Below, one piece after another: positions 14,979 through 27,529 of a stretch of DNA of 64,000 bases (the first letter of the stretch is position 1; every line of letters begins with the position of its first letter). This DNA comes from Octopus vulgaris (lineage: Eukaryota): positions 124,434,001-124,498,000 of the forward strand of contig OX597820.1 in assembly GCA_951406725.2 (NCBI GenBank). Reading direction: 5' to 3'. The notes under the pieces were generated by a model. The model saw nothing but the letters and a program-made list of their open reading frames with translations, was not told the DNA's origin and did not search any database. The position numbers were made by a program, and so were the translations under genes.

Positions 14979-15525
14979 ATAAGATCGTTAATTTAAAATA
15001 AAATAAGTGTTCAGCATGGAAAAAAATAACCTTCAAAAGTAATAATTATTAAACTTACAAATTAGGCTGTCTGCGAGATACCACCATGCTGAAAATAGCA
15101 GCCACGATCTGACTCCAAAACCACCTTAATTGTCCATATCGCAAACACTGAGAGAAAACAAAAAGACAAGATGAAGCTAGTAAAAAATTACTGGATAATT
15201 CTAGATCCCGGATTTCTGACTTTGCATTTAGGAATGCTTGTCTCGTCAGTAGAATACACACAGAAAAGAAATATAAATACATATATATATATAAACACAA
15301 CATACGAATACTTACAATACGAACGTATACATACACATATATGCACGTATGCATCATGGCCAGTTCAAAATGCCCGCCATTTAATTCCATGTGTGATATG
15401 GTTAAAATATCACCGCAGTAAATACAGTGACGAAATAGATTTTAATTTATAGAAATAAGGATAAGATCGTTAATTAAAAAAAAAATAACGATTTTTCAAG
15501 TGGCCAGCATGGAAAAAATAACTTT
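14978..15525 (-). mobile_element. About 1.1 units of a (TA)n-abutting HHR-bearing repeat
   Basis: ggataagatcgttaatt...cagcatggaaaaaataac is repeated at ~14978 and ~15459. It contains the HHR at 15198 and a ttcagcatg/catgctgaa hairpin plus aaatagcagc, as in the 52.6 kb unit. Confidence 0.6.
15198..15255 (-). ncRNA. Type I hammerhead motif (near-canonical)
   Basis: Reverse complement: attcta-CTGACGA-gac aa gcatt...aatgc aaa gtc a-GAAAT-CCGGG-ATC-tagaat. Stem I is 6 bp, there is one extra A before GAAA, and the triplet is AUC. Confidence 0.65.
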
Positions 15526-15559
15526 GCATTTTCTAGGCCTGCTTTGTTTCGTGCCACCA

Positions 15560-15910
15560 AAAGGTTTCCATTTAGAGGAGCAGTAATTTACCAGCGTGGC
15601 TTCTTGTTTGCACGATGTTGGAGTCGAGTTCGCTTAAAATTTTGAAGTGAGAAGCAGGAGTGGCGCCAGGTCCTGCGTTCTGATGCCTGATTTTCTCGGG
15701 AAGAAAAGGGAATGTTGCATCTTTTTGGATTGTATTTTACTTTATCTTTCAAGCGCAAGCATAGACTTCCAACTCTTGTGAATTGGCCAAAGAGAAGTTG
15801 CTTTGGAATTCTGACATTACTCATACATGCTAGATGACTTGGCCATCGAAGTTGTAGTTTTATAAGAATGGCTTCAATACCTGATATCTTGTATTTTGTG
15901 AGTACCTTTT
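15560..15910 (-). mobile_element. RTE-clade LINE ORF2 C-terminal fragment
   Basis: Minus-strand translation SGIEAILIKLQLRWPSHLACMSNVRIPKQLLFGQ...RLKDKVK...ASERRTWR matches the RTE pattern LRW.GH..RM...R.PKQLLYG...DR..WR. Confidence 0.75.
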
Positions 15911-16019
15911 AGTTATGAATGTTTCCTCGGTTTTATGTTGGAGATATCATTCAAGAATCGCATATGAAAAGCGAAACTACCTACTTAGATTGCCTTCTGC
16001 TTCTTACTGTAGTACAGTA

Positions 16020-16066
<47 letters not shown>

Positions 16067-16888
16067 CACAGAGACAGAAAACAGAATTCGTGAGATTCTT
16101 TATTAATCACAATTATCGCTTCCACACAGCGTGCTTCGGTATGGTAATGCTAAAAGTATAATAAATATTTGCTGTTTGAGTCTGTGTTAATTGGGTTCAT
16201 TGGGACCAGATAGTTGATACACTTACTCCGATATATCTGAAGAATATATTCTGTCAATTATATTGATAAAACATATACAAGTCACATACTTTTCTAGATG
16301 AACTACCCCTTGTTTACATGGAAAACAAATCATCCCATTTTCGTCAGAATACCGAAGTTCGATTTATGAACAATTATAGAATGTTTGATAGGCACTCACA
16401 AGCATAGTGATACATCAAATATTGATTTTTGTGTACATGAAAAAGTAAATTATTTATGACTGTAAATGAGTAATCTATAAAATCAACTCAAATTCTGCTG
16501 GTATATTTACTAATACATAATTTCTCAACAGAGAACGAATGTAGGAGAATGTTTATGCTACTCTGTTACAAATATTTAAGCTACTTATCATTTCCGACAG
16601 CCCACTAACACACACATATACACTACATACACACACACACACGCACTCAAAAAATATACATACATATATGACGAAATTTCCGTATTTAGGTAGGTAGTTT
16701 CGCAAATATTATATTATATTATATTTCAATGTGTGTGGCTAACAACAGTGTAATAGTGGTGTATCTAAAATAGATTAACTTAATATGAACAATTTTATTC
16801 GTCACAAACAAATTTTCATGACAGTTTATGCTCCACAGTTAATATATAAGGGCACTTCCAAACCAATGTTATTACAGCGAGACTATAA

Positions 16889-17119
16889 GGCGGTGAGCTG
16901 GCAGAAACGTTAGCACGCCGGGCGAAATACGTAGCCGTATATCTTTTGTCGCTACGTTCTGAGTTCAAATTCCGCCGAGGTCGACTTTGCCTTTCATCAT
17001 TTCGGGGTCAATAAATTAAGTACCTGTTACGCACTGGGGTCGATGTAATCGGCTTAATACCTATGTCTGTCCTTCTTTGTCCGCTCAACGTTTTGCCCTT
17101 TGTGTGTAATAAAGAAATA
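16889..17119 (+). mobile_element. tRNA-derived SINE (family B, Meta-domain-like) with 18 bp TSD
   Basis: A tRNA-like head with B box gagttcaaattcc is followed by the central ggtcgactttgcctttcatc.tttcggggtc.ataaattaagtacc. The TSD gttatta(c/t)agcgagacta lies at 16868-16885 and 17120-17137. Confidence 0.85.
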
Positions 17120-17421
17120 GTTATTATAGCGAGACTAAACAATGTTCCTCGATATATTTTCCCTGAAGCTTATTTTGATATTCCCAATCATCTTCTCCCA
17201 AATGTGCAGTATCAGAAAAGACGTCTTATTTCGTACCGTATATAAGCTTCTATTTCTTTCCTCTTACTCTTTTTGTTTTCTAAATTTTCTTCTTCTGCTT
17301 TAATAAATGAGTTTTTCCTGTTGCGCACTCTCCATTGTTGATTTTATTAGCTTCGTATTCCTACGCTTTTCTAGCGCGTGCTTTAGCCAATCGCTCCCAG
17401 AATGTATTCTGTCTTAATTTA

Positions 17422-17988
17422 CGAGGGTAATCCCAAAAGTAAGGTCTCCAAAGCGCTGAGGACTGTGCGTGCGGCTATTGGCAACACTTTTGTGTTTGTT
17501 GTGCACACGCATGCGCCTTCCCCCTGCACGTGCCTCGCCACCACGCTCATTCTTGGCTTGGCAGTCGAATTGGATGTAGCTCCCGATTGACGCTACCGCG
17601 CAGTTATTCGATTTTTGAACGCAAAAGACATTGAAACGATTGAAATTCATCGCTAATTAACGGAAGTGTATGGCTAGTTGTGCATGGATGTCAAAAACGT
17701 CCGCAGGTGGTGTTGGGAATTTGCAGCTGGTCGTACTGAAATTCAATTTCCAACGAGACATTCGCGAAGGTTGAGCAAATCCTGCACGAAAACCGGCGAA
17801 TCACTCTGGATGAGCCGAGGCATATAAAAAGTGCCTCCAGCGCCTACAAAAATGCATCGACCGAAATGGCGATTATGTAGAAAGATAGATAAATGTTCAA
17901 ACTTTAACATGATGTAAACATCATTGACAATAAACGTTTCTGTGATTTCTAAATATTCTTGGAGTCATTACTTTTGGGATTATCCTTG
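17422..17988 (+). mobile_element. Internally deleted mariner with TIRs and TA TSD
   Basis: TIRs are TA-cgagggtaatcccaaaagtaag and cattacttttgggattatccttg-TA. The interior encodes VIRFLNAK...EIHR*LTEVYG...VRRWC and a C-terminal KCIDRNGDYVER. Confidence 0.9.
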
Positions 17989-18831
17989 TATTTCCTTATT
18001 TCTTCAAATTCTACATTGCTGTATGATTTTTAATCTACGTATACACACATGGAAACGTAAGCACACGCATAATATTATACTCAGTCAGACACACAATCAC
18101 ACACGCATGCATATTTATATATTATGAATATTTCTAATGGAAGATCTCGGGCACACATTTTGTTATTGAATCACCTCTGACCCTCTTTGTTCAATGAAAC
18201 TTATAAGCTGATGCGTTCTACACATGACCGATTCTTTCATATATTTCCATAGCTTTATCTCCCAAGTCAGGGTGAACTGACATCTGACATCTACATACAA
18301 GAAATTGAACAACTCCTGAATGTTTCGCCTTAGTTTAGATTACCTATTAATAACTGAAAATAGACATGAAGACATGACGTTTATGCCTCAGATATTAACT
18401 TACTAAACTAAGAGAATTATGGAGGTGTGTGCAGCTAGGAAATATTTGTAACAGTCTTATAACAATATGGCAGATGAGACTATCTGCCTCGATCAATTTC
18501 TTAAGGCAGGACATAAGATATTCATAAGTAAGTTTGCTCAGATAATAAGATATTCAAGATTCCGGACGATATTTTCTTGTTCTAGAAGAGAAAATGCTTA
18601 CAAATATCAATAAAATATACAGTGTACAGACTATAACATCAGTCGGCCACTGGAATGTATTACATGTAAATCACAATAATGAAACCAAACATAAAGCGCA
18701 TTCCCACCGGAATCCTTAACCATGAACAATAAATCTCTAAGTCGTAAAGGAATTAACTGGATGCTTAAACGCTATGGCCATGCTCATTGATCTACACACA
18801 GAATGATCGATTTGTCATGTCTTTTCACGAA

Positions 18832-18880
<49 letters not shown>

Positions 18881-18882
<2 letters not shown>

Positions 18883-19045
18883 CGCAGGAGTGGCTGTGTG
18901 GTAAGTAGCTTCTTTACCAGCCACATGGTTCCCGGTTCAGTCCCACTGCGTGGCATCTTGGGCAAGTGTCTTCTGCTATAGCCTCGGGCCTACCAAAGCC
19001 TTGTGCGTGGATTTGGTAGACGGAAACTGAATGAAGCCCGTCGTA

Positions 19046-19115
<70 letters not shown>

Positions 19116-19279
19116 TGTGTGTGTTTGTGTGTCTGTGTCCCACTAGCATTGCTTGACAACCGATAGAATAAGTACTGGGCTTACAAAGAAAAAGTGCCGT
19201 TGTCGAGTTGCTCGATTAAAGACGGTGCTCCAGCATGGCCGCAGGCAAAGGACTGCAACAAGTAAAAGAGATAAAAGAG
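18881..19279 (+). mobile_element. tRNA-derived SINE (family A) with internal microsatellite
   Basis: ggcgcaggagtggctgtgtggtaag...ggttcagtcccactgcgtggcatcttgggcaagtg. Homologous copies lie at 22355, 30233, 51771 and 60672. Confidence 0.9.
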
Positions 19280-19544
19280 ATATATACGTGTTCGAATGAT
19301 ACAATCGTGATCGAATGAAATAGTCAAAATCAACCAGTATATTCTTATTCACATCTCAGAAATTTCAAGAATATGCAGAAATTTTCCGAACTAAAGATCA
19401 TTAAAGAAAAATAGACTCAGTAATTATCGGGGATTATATTGCGTAGAATGCTTTAATAAGACAAAACAACAAACTCTACGATCCTGTAAACCTGCTGCGT
19501 TTTTCTGTGCAATCATACGTATAATAATATTATTAACTAACCTT

Positions 19545-19755
19545 TGTACTATAGGCACAAAAGCTGAAATTTTGGGGGAGGTGGTAAGTCGATGACAGCG
19601 ACCCCAGTGTTTGACTGTTACCTCTTTTATCGACCCCAAACTGATGAAATGCAAAGTCGACCTCGAGAGAATTTCATCACCGAAAGCAAAGTCGGAAGAA
19701 ATGTAGCTAAGCATTTAGTCTTGCTCAGTAGTGACTCTGCCACCTCACCGTCTTA
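19545..19755 (-). mobile_element. SINE family B copy
   Basis: Reverse of the Meta-like core (tttatcgacccc...gatgaaatgcaaagtcgacctcg). Confidence 0.7.
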
Positions 19756-19821
19756 ATCACAATTAGGAAGATGATAAAATTGTAAATGGTAATAATAATG
19801 ATAATAATAATAATAATGACA

Positions 19822-21765
19822 ATGAATCCCTAAATGCTGGTGATGTAAAAATTTCGTGTGGCATTTTCCAGGGTGACTCACTGTCACCACTCCTCTTTTG
19901 TTTATCCTTAATACCTCTCTCAAAGCTGCTCAATGACGCGCAGTACGGGTATAAAATGTTTGATAAAAATATAAATCATCTCATTTACATGGATGATTTA
20001 AAGCTTTTTGCAAAAAATGACCAACAACTCAAGGGCTTACTAGCGATAGTCAAACAATTCAGTGACGACATCAGAATGCAATTCGGCCTCGATAAATGTG
20101 CAAAAGCTACCTTTATCAAAGGAAAAATGACAGAAACATCTAACGTTAACCTTGACCAGCAGAATGTCATAAAAGAACTAGACCCAGCGGAGAGCTACAA
20201 GTACCTAGGGGTAATTGAAGGGAACGGAATAAGGCATTCAGAGATGAAGGAAAGGATCAGGAGAGAATGCTATCGAAGAGTGAGAGCAATACTCAAAACA
20301 GAGCTGAATGCAAGAAACAGGATCGAAGCGATCAATGCATTAGCCATACCAGTCGTGACCTACAGTTTCAATATTGTTAACCGGTCAATTACTGAAATAT
20401 GTCAGCTCGACAGAAAAATAAGGAAACCGTTGACAATGCATAGAATGCACCACCCTAAGGCAGATACAGAACGACTCTATCTGCCAAGAAAAGAGGGAGG
20501 CCGTGGTCTTTTGCAACTGGCAATAACAATAAAGATTGCTACAATTGGCCTAGACACCTACCTGAAAAACTCTGAGGACTGGATGTTAAACTTGTCTCAA
20601 AACATGAAAACAAGAAAGCATCATACTCAGTAAGAAAACAGGCAAAGGAATATCTAAGTGAATTCCGAATACAACCAATTTCGGAATTAGAGATAGACAT
20701 ACAAGAAACAAGCACACAAAAAGCTAGGCGCGTGAAAACCCGTGCCAAAACTGCGGCTTTAGATATTCTGAATAATAAATGGCAAGAAAAAACTCTCTAT
20801 GGCAAATACCCAAAGCGAGCGAATAATGCAGATATCGACAAAGCCCTGACCCATCAATGGCTAATGGCCTCTAGCTTAAACTCTGAAACAGAGGGGTTTA
20901 TCATAGCAGCTCAAGATCAATGCCTACCAACAAGAAACTACCAGGCCAACATATTAAAGAACGGCAGTAGCCCAACATGTCGTGTATGCCGACAACAAAA
21001 TGAAACCATTGATAATGTTGTCTCCAAATGCAGTCTTCTAGCGCCTACAGAGTACCTCAACAGGCATGATAGAGCTGCACAATATATTCACTGGGTAATT
21101 TGCTAAAACCTGGATTTGCCCCATGAAAAAAACTGGTGGGAACACAATCCACCTCCAGTGCTTGAAAATGACCACATCTCACTCCTCTGGAACTTCACCA
21201 TTCAAACTGACAGGAAGATAGATGCAAATAGGCCAGACATCATATTGAAAGACTTCAGACAAAGAACATGCCTCCTCATTGATATGACTGTCCCAATCGA
21301 TATAAACGTATCTATCAAGACCTACCAAAAACTGAGCAAATATAAAGATCTTGAAATAGAAATCAGCAAGATGTGGAAGCTGAAGACTAAAACAATACCT
21401 GTTATCATAGGTGCCCTGGGAATGATAGCGAAGGGGACTGATTGCTACCTAACTCAGATACCAGGAAACCCCAAGATGGCAGAGATTCAAAAGATAGTGC
21501 TCATTGGAACTGCTCATATCCTACGCAAAATACTCTCTATGTAATCCCAAGGTTTAAAACAAACTTTTATTTATTTATTTTTTATTTATTTATTTATCTA
21601 TTTATTTTTTTTTAAATGTTATTCTTATGTATTATACATTCACTAGCACAAGACCAAAAAAAAACCCAAATATATGGCACAGAACTTCCAACCTGTTGTC
21701 TCTTGAGGTCTCTGGGTGAGACTTGGAGCCAACTTGTACAGACATAAAGCAAAAGTCAAACATAG
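19822..21765 (+). mobile_element. 5'-truncated R4/Dong-clade non-LTR retrotransposon (RT + CCHC-like + restriction-like endonuclease) in (TAA)n
   Basis: Motifs are GIFQGDSLSPLLF, HLIYMDDLKL, YKYLG, RLYLPRKEGGRGL, CRVC..ETIDNVVSKC, RHD and NRPDIIL..CLLIDMTVP..KLSKYKDL. There is one frameshift (~20588) and one stop (21104-21106). The 3' UTR runs into (TAA)n, and TAA repeats also lie 5'. Confidence 0.92.
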
Positions 21766-21808
21766 AATAATAATAATAATAATCATAGTAATCATAGTAA
21801 TAATAATG

Positions 21809-21865
<57 letters not shown>

Positions 21866-21901
21866 GTAATAATAATAATAATAATAATAACAATAATACT
21901 A

Positions 21902-21981
<80 letters not shown>

Positions 21982-22160
21982 AAGAAGAAATGAAGAAGAA
22001 GAAGAAGAAGAAGAAAGAAGAAGAAGAAGAAGAAGAAGAAGAAGAAGAAGAAGAAAGAAGAAGAAGAATGGGGAGAACAGTCGGATGAGGAAAAAGAGAT
22101 AGAAGAAAAAGAAGGGGAAGAAAAAGAATAAGAAGAAAAAGAAGAAGATGAAGAAGAAGA
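21766..22160. repeat. Compound (TAA)n then (GAA)n microsatellite
   Basis: Read directly from the sequence. Confidence 0.95.
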
Positions 22161-22354
22161 ACACAACAGCAACAATGACAAAGTGATGGTGATAATGATG
22201 GGGAAGAAATAGCGATAAAAAGAGGGTTGGAGGAAAAAGAAACTCGTACCTATGCTCACATGTCCTTCATGTGTTAACCCAAACTGAATCTTCTAAGGTA
22301 AACAGTATACCTTGCAGCATTCTCCTCTAGTAACCACTTACTTTTTATCTGTTA

Positions 22355-22576
22355 TACTCTTTTCTCTTTTAGTCTTTTACTAGTTTCAGTCATTTGACTG
22401 TGGCCATGCTGGAGCACCGCCTTTAGTCGAGCAAATCGACCCCGGAACTTATTCTTTGTAAGCCCAGTATTTATTCTATCGCTCTCTTTTGCCGAACCGC
22501 TAGGTGACGGGGGCGTAAACACACCAGCATCGGTTGTCAAGCAATGCTAGGGGAACAAACACAGGCACACAAACAT

Positions 22577-22609
<33 letters not shown>

Positions 22610-22762
22610 CGACAGGCTTCTTTCAGTTTCCGTCTAACAAATCCACTCACAAAGCATTTGTCGACCCGGGGCTATAGCAGAAGACACTTGCCCAAGATGC
22701 CACGCAGTGGGAATGAACCCGGAACCATGTGGCTGGTTAGCAAGCTACTTACCACACAGCCA
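22355..22762 (-). mobile_element. SINE family A
   Basis: Nearly full reverse-complement match to the 51771 copy. Confidence 0.9.
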
Positions 22763-23301
22763 TTTTCTAAAATGTTTCTATTAATTTTGCAGAGAACCAT
22801 CATCGCTTGTTAATGATTGCCCTCGTTAGCCTCTGCCTAACTTGGAATTTATCCCGTCGGAAACATCATAACAATTACTACTAAACCGAATCCTTGTCTA
22901 TCATTCTTATGTAAGCTAACTCTCTACATTCCAAATTAGCAGTCTTTGGTGCACGTTGTCTTTCTGTGCAATACCTATACGTTAACCAGGTAATTTGATA
23001 AAAGCCATATCTAGATATATGTGGATGATTTGAGTTTATATTTTACATTCAGGAATTTCTGTGAAATTTCGCAAGCGCTGTTCACCCACTCCTTTTTCAA
23101 TCGCATACTCCACGTAGTAAAATGTATTGGTGAACACACAAAATAAAACACAGCTTTAACATGTAATATAACTGGGGTGTCCAGAAATTAACAATAATTT
23201 GATTTGATGCAATATCACAAATAATATTCAAATTAAGGTAAAATGATTTAAAAACCGGCCTGTTTTCGTAAAGATCTATTGATAAACCCGGAGAGATAAT
23301 T

Positions 23302-23445
23302 ATTATGTTGTCCTAAAAGTTCGTAAGTACTTGCCAAAAATTGAATTTTTACTCGCCAAGTACTAACAAAAACAACAAAAATTATTCCTCAAAATAAAGA
23401 CCATTATTTTCCAAGACTTTCTACGAACTTTTGGGACAACCTTAT
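23302..23445. mobile_element. Mariner-type MITE (~145 bp)
   Basis: Inverted termini gttgtcctaaaagttcgta / tacgaacttttgggacaac, flanked by TA. Confidence 0.7.
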
Positions 23446-25750
23446 ATTATATAATGTGACAGAATGATTAAGTTAGTTAACATATATATTTTCAGCATAT
23501 TTCAGGAGTATAATAATTAGCGATATGCATGTACATATTTATGAAAGATATCGGAGGCTATTTTAATGAGAAAGAGAAAACCGATATTTGTTACCCGATA
23601 TTCCGTGAGAAAATATTGATTGTGAAATCATAAGCACGTATCTAAAAATGAAATGTTTAAATTGAAATAAGTTGGAAGATATATGAGTGCAAAATGATAA
23701 TATAGTAATTGATTAAAATATAAGGGAAAAGGTCATGAACGAAATATGCGAACGATGTAAATACATAGCATTTTTCACACCTTAGAAAATAGATCCAATT
23801 TATTGAGTTGTACACTAAATACAGAATATGTTCAATATAATTAATAATTTGCGTTGCACTACGAAACAATAACGAAAACTGATTTGTTTAAATAATCGCG
23901 TAAGAAACAAAAATATTGAAAGATAATAGTAATGAGAGCACTGATAATATAACAATACTCCATTGACTATCAAGAGTATTAAAATCTCCCCAGTGTTGCA
24001 GTTATATAACTGTTGTATCATTCTGTATGAAATAAGCGAGATAATATAACAATAAAAGTTCGATCATGATAATATTGATCTTATATTGATTTCTGATAGA
24101 AACATAATGCCAGAAATTTGTGGAGGAAGGTATATTCATTTTAATTGATTCAGGACATGGTTAGTATTTATTGTACTAACAAGATAGAGTGGAAGATTAT
24201 AGTCGACAATGTCAGTTTTTTAATTCAAAATACAAGGGAATAGGATAATGTAACCAGGCGTGTAGTTTGCCTCAGTGTAGATGGTGCAACTTACCAGTCT
24301 GTATTAGACTTCAGTACAGCAAGAAGGATAACTGCATGTAGAAAAACCAAAAATCAAAATTGCAGGAATGATTTGTATTCTAAGATAAAAAAAGGGTATC
24401 CTGTAGAAATATCAATATTTCTACAGCATAATGCTTTACTAACACAAATCCATTTCAATACTTTTTAGATTTGGTCTATAGGGATGGTTACGAACGAACT
24501 GTAATAGTTTATGTTTGCCCTGTGTGACCAATCGTCTGAGCCGTGAATATTCTTACACAAATGTAATTCAACAACTTCAGGAAAGGTATGGGATAAGAAA
24601 TAATTCAAGAGGTAAGGTGCCTTGGTGAGGTAGGACAAGGTATATGAATTAATCCGAGATTGTGGGACAGAAATATAACAAGAGGCAAAAAGTAGTGTGA
24701 AGAATGAATTGGATGATCCTTAGTGGAAACGAATCGATAAAAGTCAGCTTCGAGGAGCAGAAAGTATTTGTCATAAAATGGCTGAGTAAAGCGGAATCTT
24801 TAAATTCAGCCAACTGACATTGTTTCGCTTATGTCCGTGTGAGCACTAGCATCACCAGATATCAGAGTCGGTGTGGGGGTAGGGGGAATAGAATAATTTC
24901 TGAGTTTCAGTTGTATCTTGTAGCCATTTAACAGCTCACTGGAAGTTCTGACATTTTTTTTCTATTGTGCAATTCTGAAGAAGATAATTTTTTACTGTAT
25001 ATCTTATTGCAAAACAGATTTCCAGTGAGACATTCATGACTGCGAGCGTCCGTAGAGATTCTATCTGAATTAGTTACAATATTGACTGACGAGGTAAAGG
25101 AATGTTTCCTTGATATATGCAGTGATTATATTTTTGAACTGCTGCGACAATAATGTATTACCTGATTCGAGAAGATTTTTAATCTATCTTTTCAATAAGG
25201 TTTTGTATTTTGGTTAGGAGGCAAATGAATATCATGTGGACGAGGATTGCTGTGAGCGTGCGATATAGGAGTGCAATGCTTTGTAGCATGTTTAGAACAG
25301 GGTGATGATAGACGTGATACAAATAGAACCAATGGTCTGATATAACAAAAAAAAACTAATGATTTTACTGACATAAGCAAACGACAGTGAGATCCCAGTT
25401 CGCAAATACTGTGATAGTGCAATATGCATCAAAGCTTAGTTTCAATAGAAGGGGGACAAATGGAACCTGTCGGTAGTTTGTGAGATTGTGTAATTACGTG
25501 AAGGTAACAATGACACAGACCATTGGTGAGTAACATAGGAAAGCACGAGGCATCTATATCTACGTCTAAGAAAGTTACACTCGCCAACATTTAAGACTGA
25601 TGAGTATTAAAAGCTTTGTAGCAGATGATATTTAGAAGCTGGCTGAAACAGCATCGAAATATTGGAAGTGAGTGCAGTGGATGTTTAAGACGCGTATGTG
25701 AGGGTAAAAATCGGGATAATGCTTTAGTAGGGCTATAGAGAGAGAACAGA

Positions 25751-25800
<50 letters not shown>

Positions 25801-26344
25801 GAGAAACTGTAAAGTGTGTTGCTAATAAGCCTAATATAAGTTCACAGTAATATGTACGAAATGGTCGCTGGGAAATATTTCTCACTTGCCGCCTGTGTGT
25901 ACATAGTGTTCCTAGCGAGCAGAAATTTCGGTGATGTTTAAGTTTGGACGTACATATTATAGTTAAATACAGTACAAGAAAGGGTTGCGAAAGACTTGCT
26001 ACCGGATGCTGCTGGCAATGTAATCAAAAGCGAACTATAAATAGTACGACATCAACTCATATAGATTTCATATTGACTACGGATCTGAAAAATCAACGTT
26101 CATATAAGGTTCCTGCGAGAATTTCAGCAGTCGATAAAAATAGTACATTTTACACTTTTATAAATATCTTCTGGATATAAATATATACGGTAAATTTTGC
26201 GCAAGTAAACTGCCTCATAGATAATGCAATGTCTGTAATTTCATCTTAATGTACATATATTTGTTGCACATAATATGTCGGTACCTTCAGAGTCATGCTT
26301 TGCATTCGCAGAAGAAGCGTCTTTTAATATTTTTGATTGTTTTA

Positions 26345-26382
<38 letters not shown>

Positions 26383-27224
26383 TAAAGTGATATTTTTATT
26401 TATATTTGTATAATTTGAAGTTATATTGGACATCACTTAAAGTGATATTTCAATATATTCATGCCTAAATAAACTATACTGCATTGCCAATAAATTGTGT
26501 ACACATACAAATATGATAATACTATATACACACAAAAAAAGAAAACAAAATTACTTATCGTCATAGATTACAGAACATGCTGTAAAGAAAAGAAACAATT
26601 TACCAAAATAATATATCTGCAGAGTCGCTTAGATAATCCAGCGTATCCCCATTTTGGTCTTTATTAAGTAAACGCTCGCTTATTGCCGCTCTATATTTTT
26701 TATGTGATGTAGAAATTCTGCTCTAAGAATGTATTGCTTAATTAATACATCGTTTCTTGTACTATTCTTTTCAAAGATGGCCAAACATTTCTAGAAAATT
26801 GCCTTTCCATATTACTAAAAGGCATTGCATGATTTTAAATATTTTATGAGGTACGTAATGCATGTATGAAAGGTGTAACTAAAACTACTCACCAATATAT
26901 TTGACATAAAGAAAAATTGTCAGCAATTATATATGCCGAACTTACGAGACTGCAGGATAATTGCTAGCGGTCTGTTTAGCCACAGCGAATTAACAAGAAA
27001 TAAATACACGGACATTTCAACATAGCCTTCCATCACATGTTAACATATCTGTGTGTGTATGTTATATATCAGCCGAAATTGCTAAGATGATCTGGTTCTT
27101 GACTGATGACTGAGGGCTTCGAATGTCCCGTCCTGTGGTTCTTGTGTCGTCTCTGTGGCGTTTCATGTTCTTGTCCATGTCTATTATTTTTACTGTTTAC
27201 CTATATATATATATATATATATAT

Positions 27225-27405
27225 TTTTTCATCCGCCATGATTGACCGCTAAAGCCAAATTTTTTTACTCTCTCTCTGTGCTTATTTCCGGGTATTCCTT
27301 TCTATTGAAGAGCGTAGGCTCGAAGCGAAAAATCTTCCTCACCTTCCCGAGCGCCAAACTAATACACCAGCTCTTCGTCTTTTAGTTTTCTTTAAATTTC
27401 AACTA
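27225..27405 (+). repeat. (TA)n-embedded repeat with decayed minimal HHR (related to 36680 and 60088, opposite orientation)
   Basis: Contains ttgaagagcgtaggctcgaagcg (gagc/gctc stem II) and ends ttcaactatata. Confidence 0.5.
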
Positions 27406-27461
27406 TATATATATACATATATATGTACATAGATACATACATACATACATACATACATACA

Positions 27462-27523
<62 letters not shown>

Positions 27524-27529
27524 TATATA

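Noticed and set aside
24500-25720. Very old LINE endonuclease remnant
   Set aside because: Only a faint hint (DEVKECF) and no continuous motif; insufficient to annotate.
27068-27135. GCCGAAA...CTGATGA (and homolog at 13737-13797) as a permuted type II hammerhead
   Set aside because: The core words are shared, but stems I-III do not pair consistently in the two copies.
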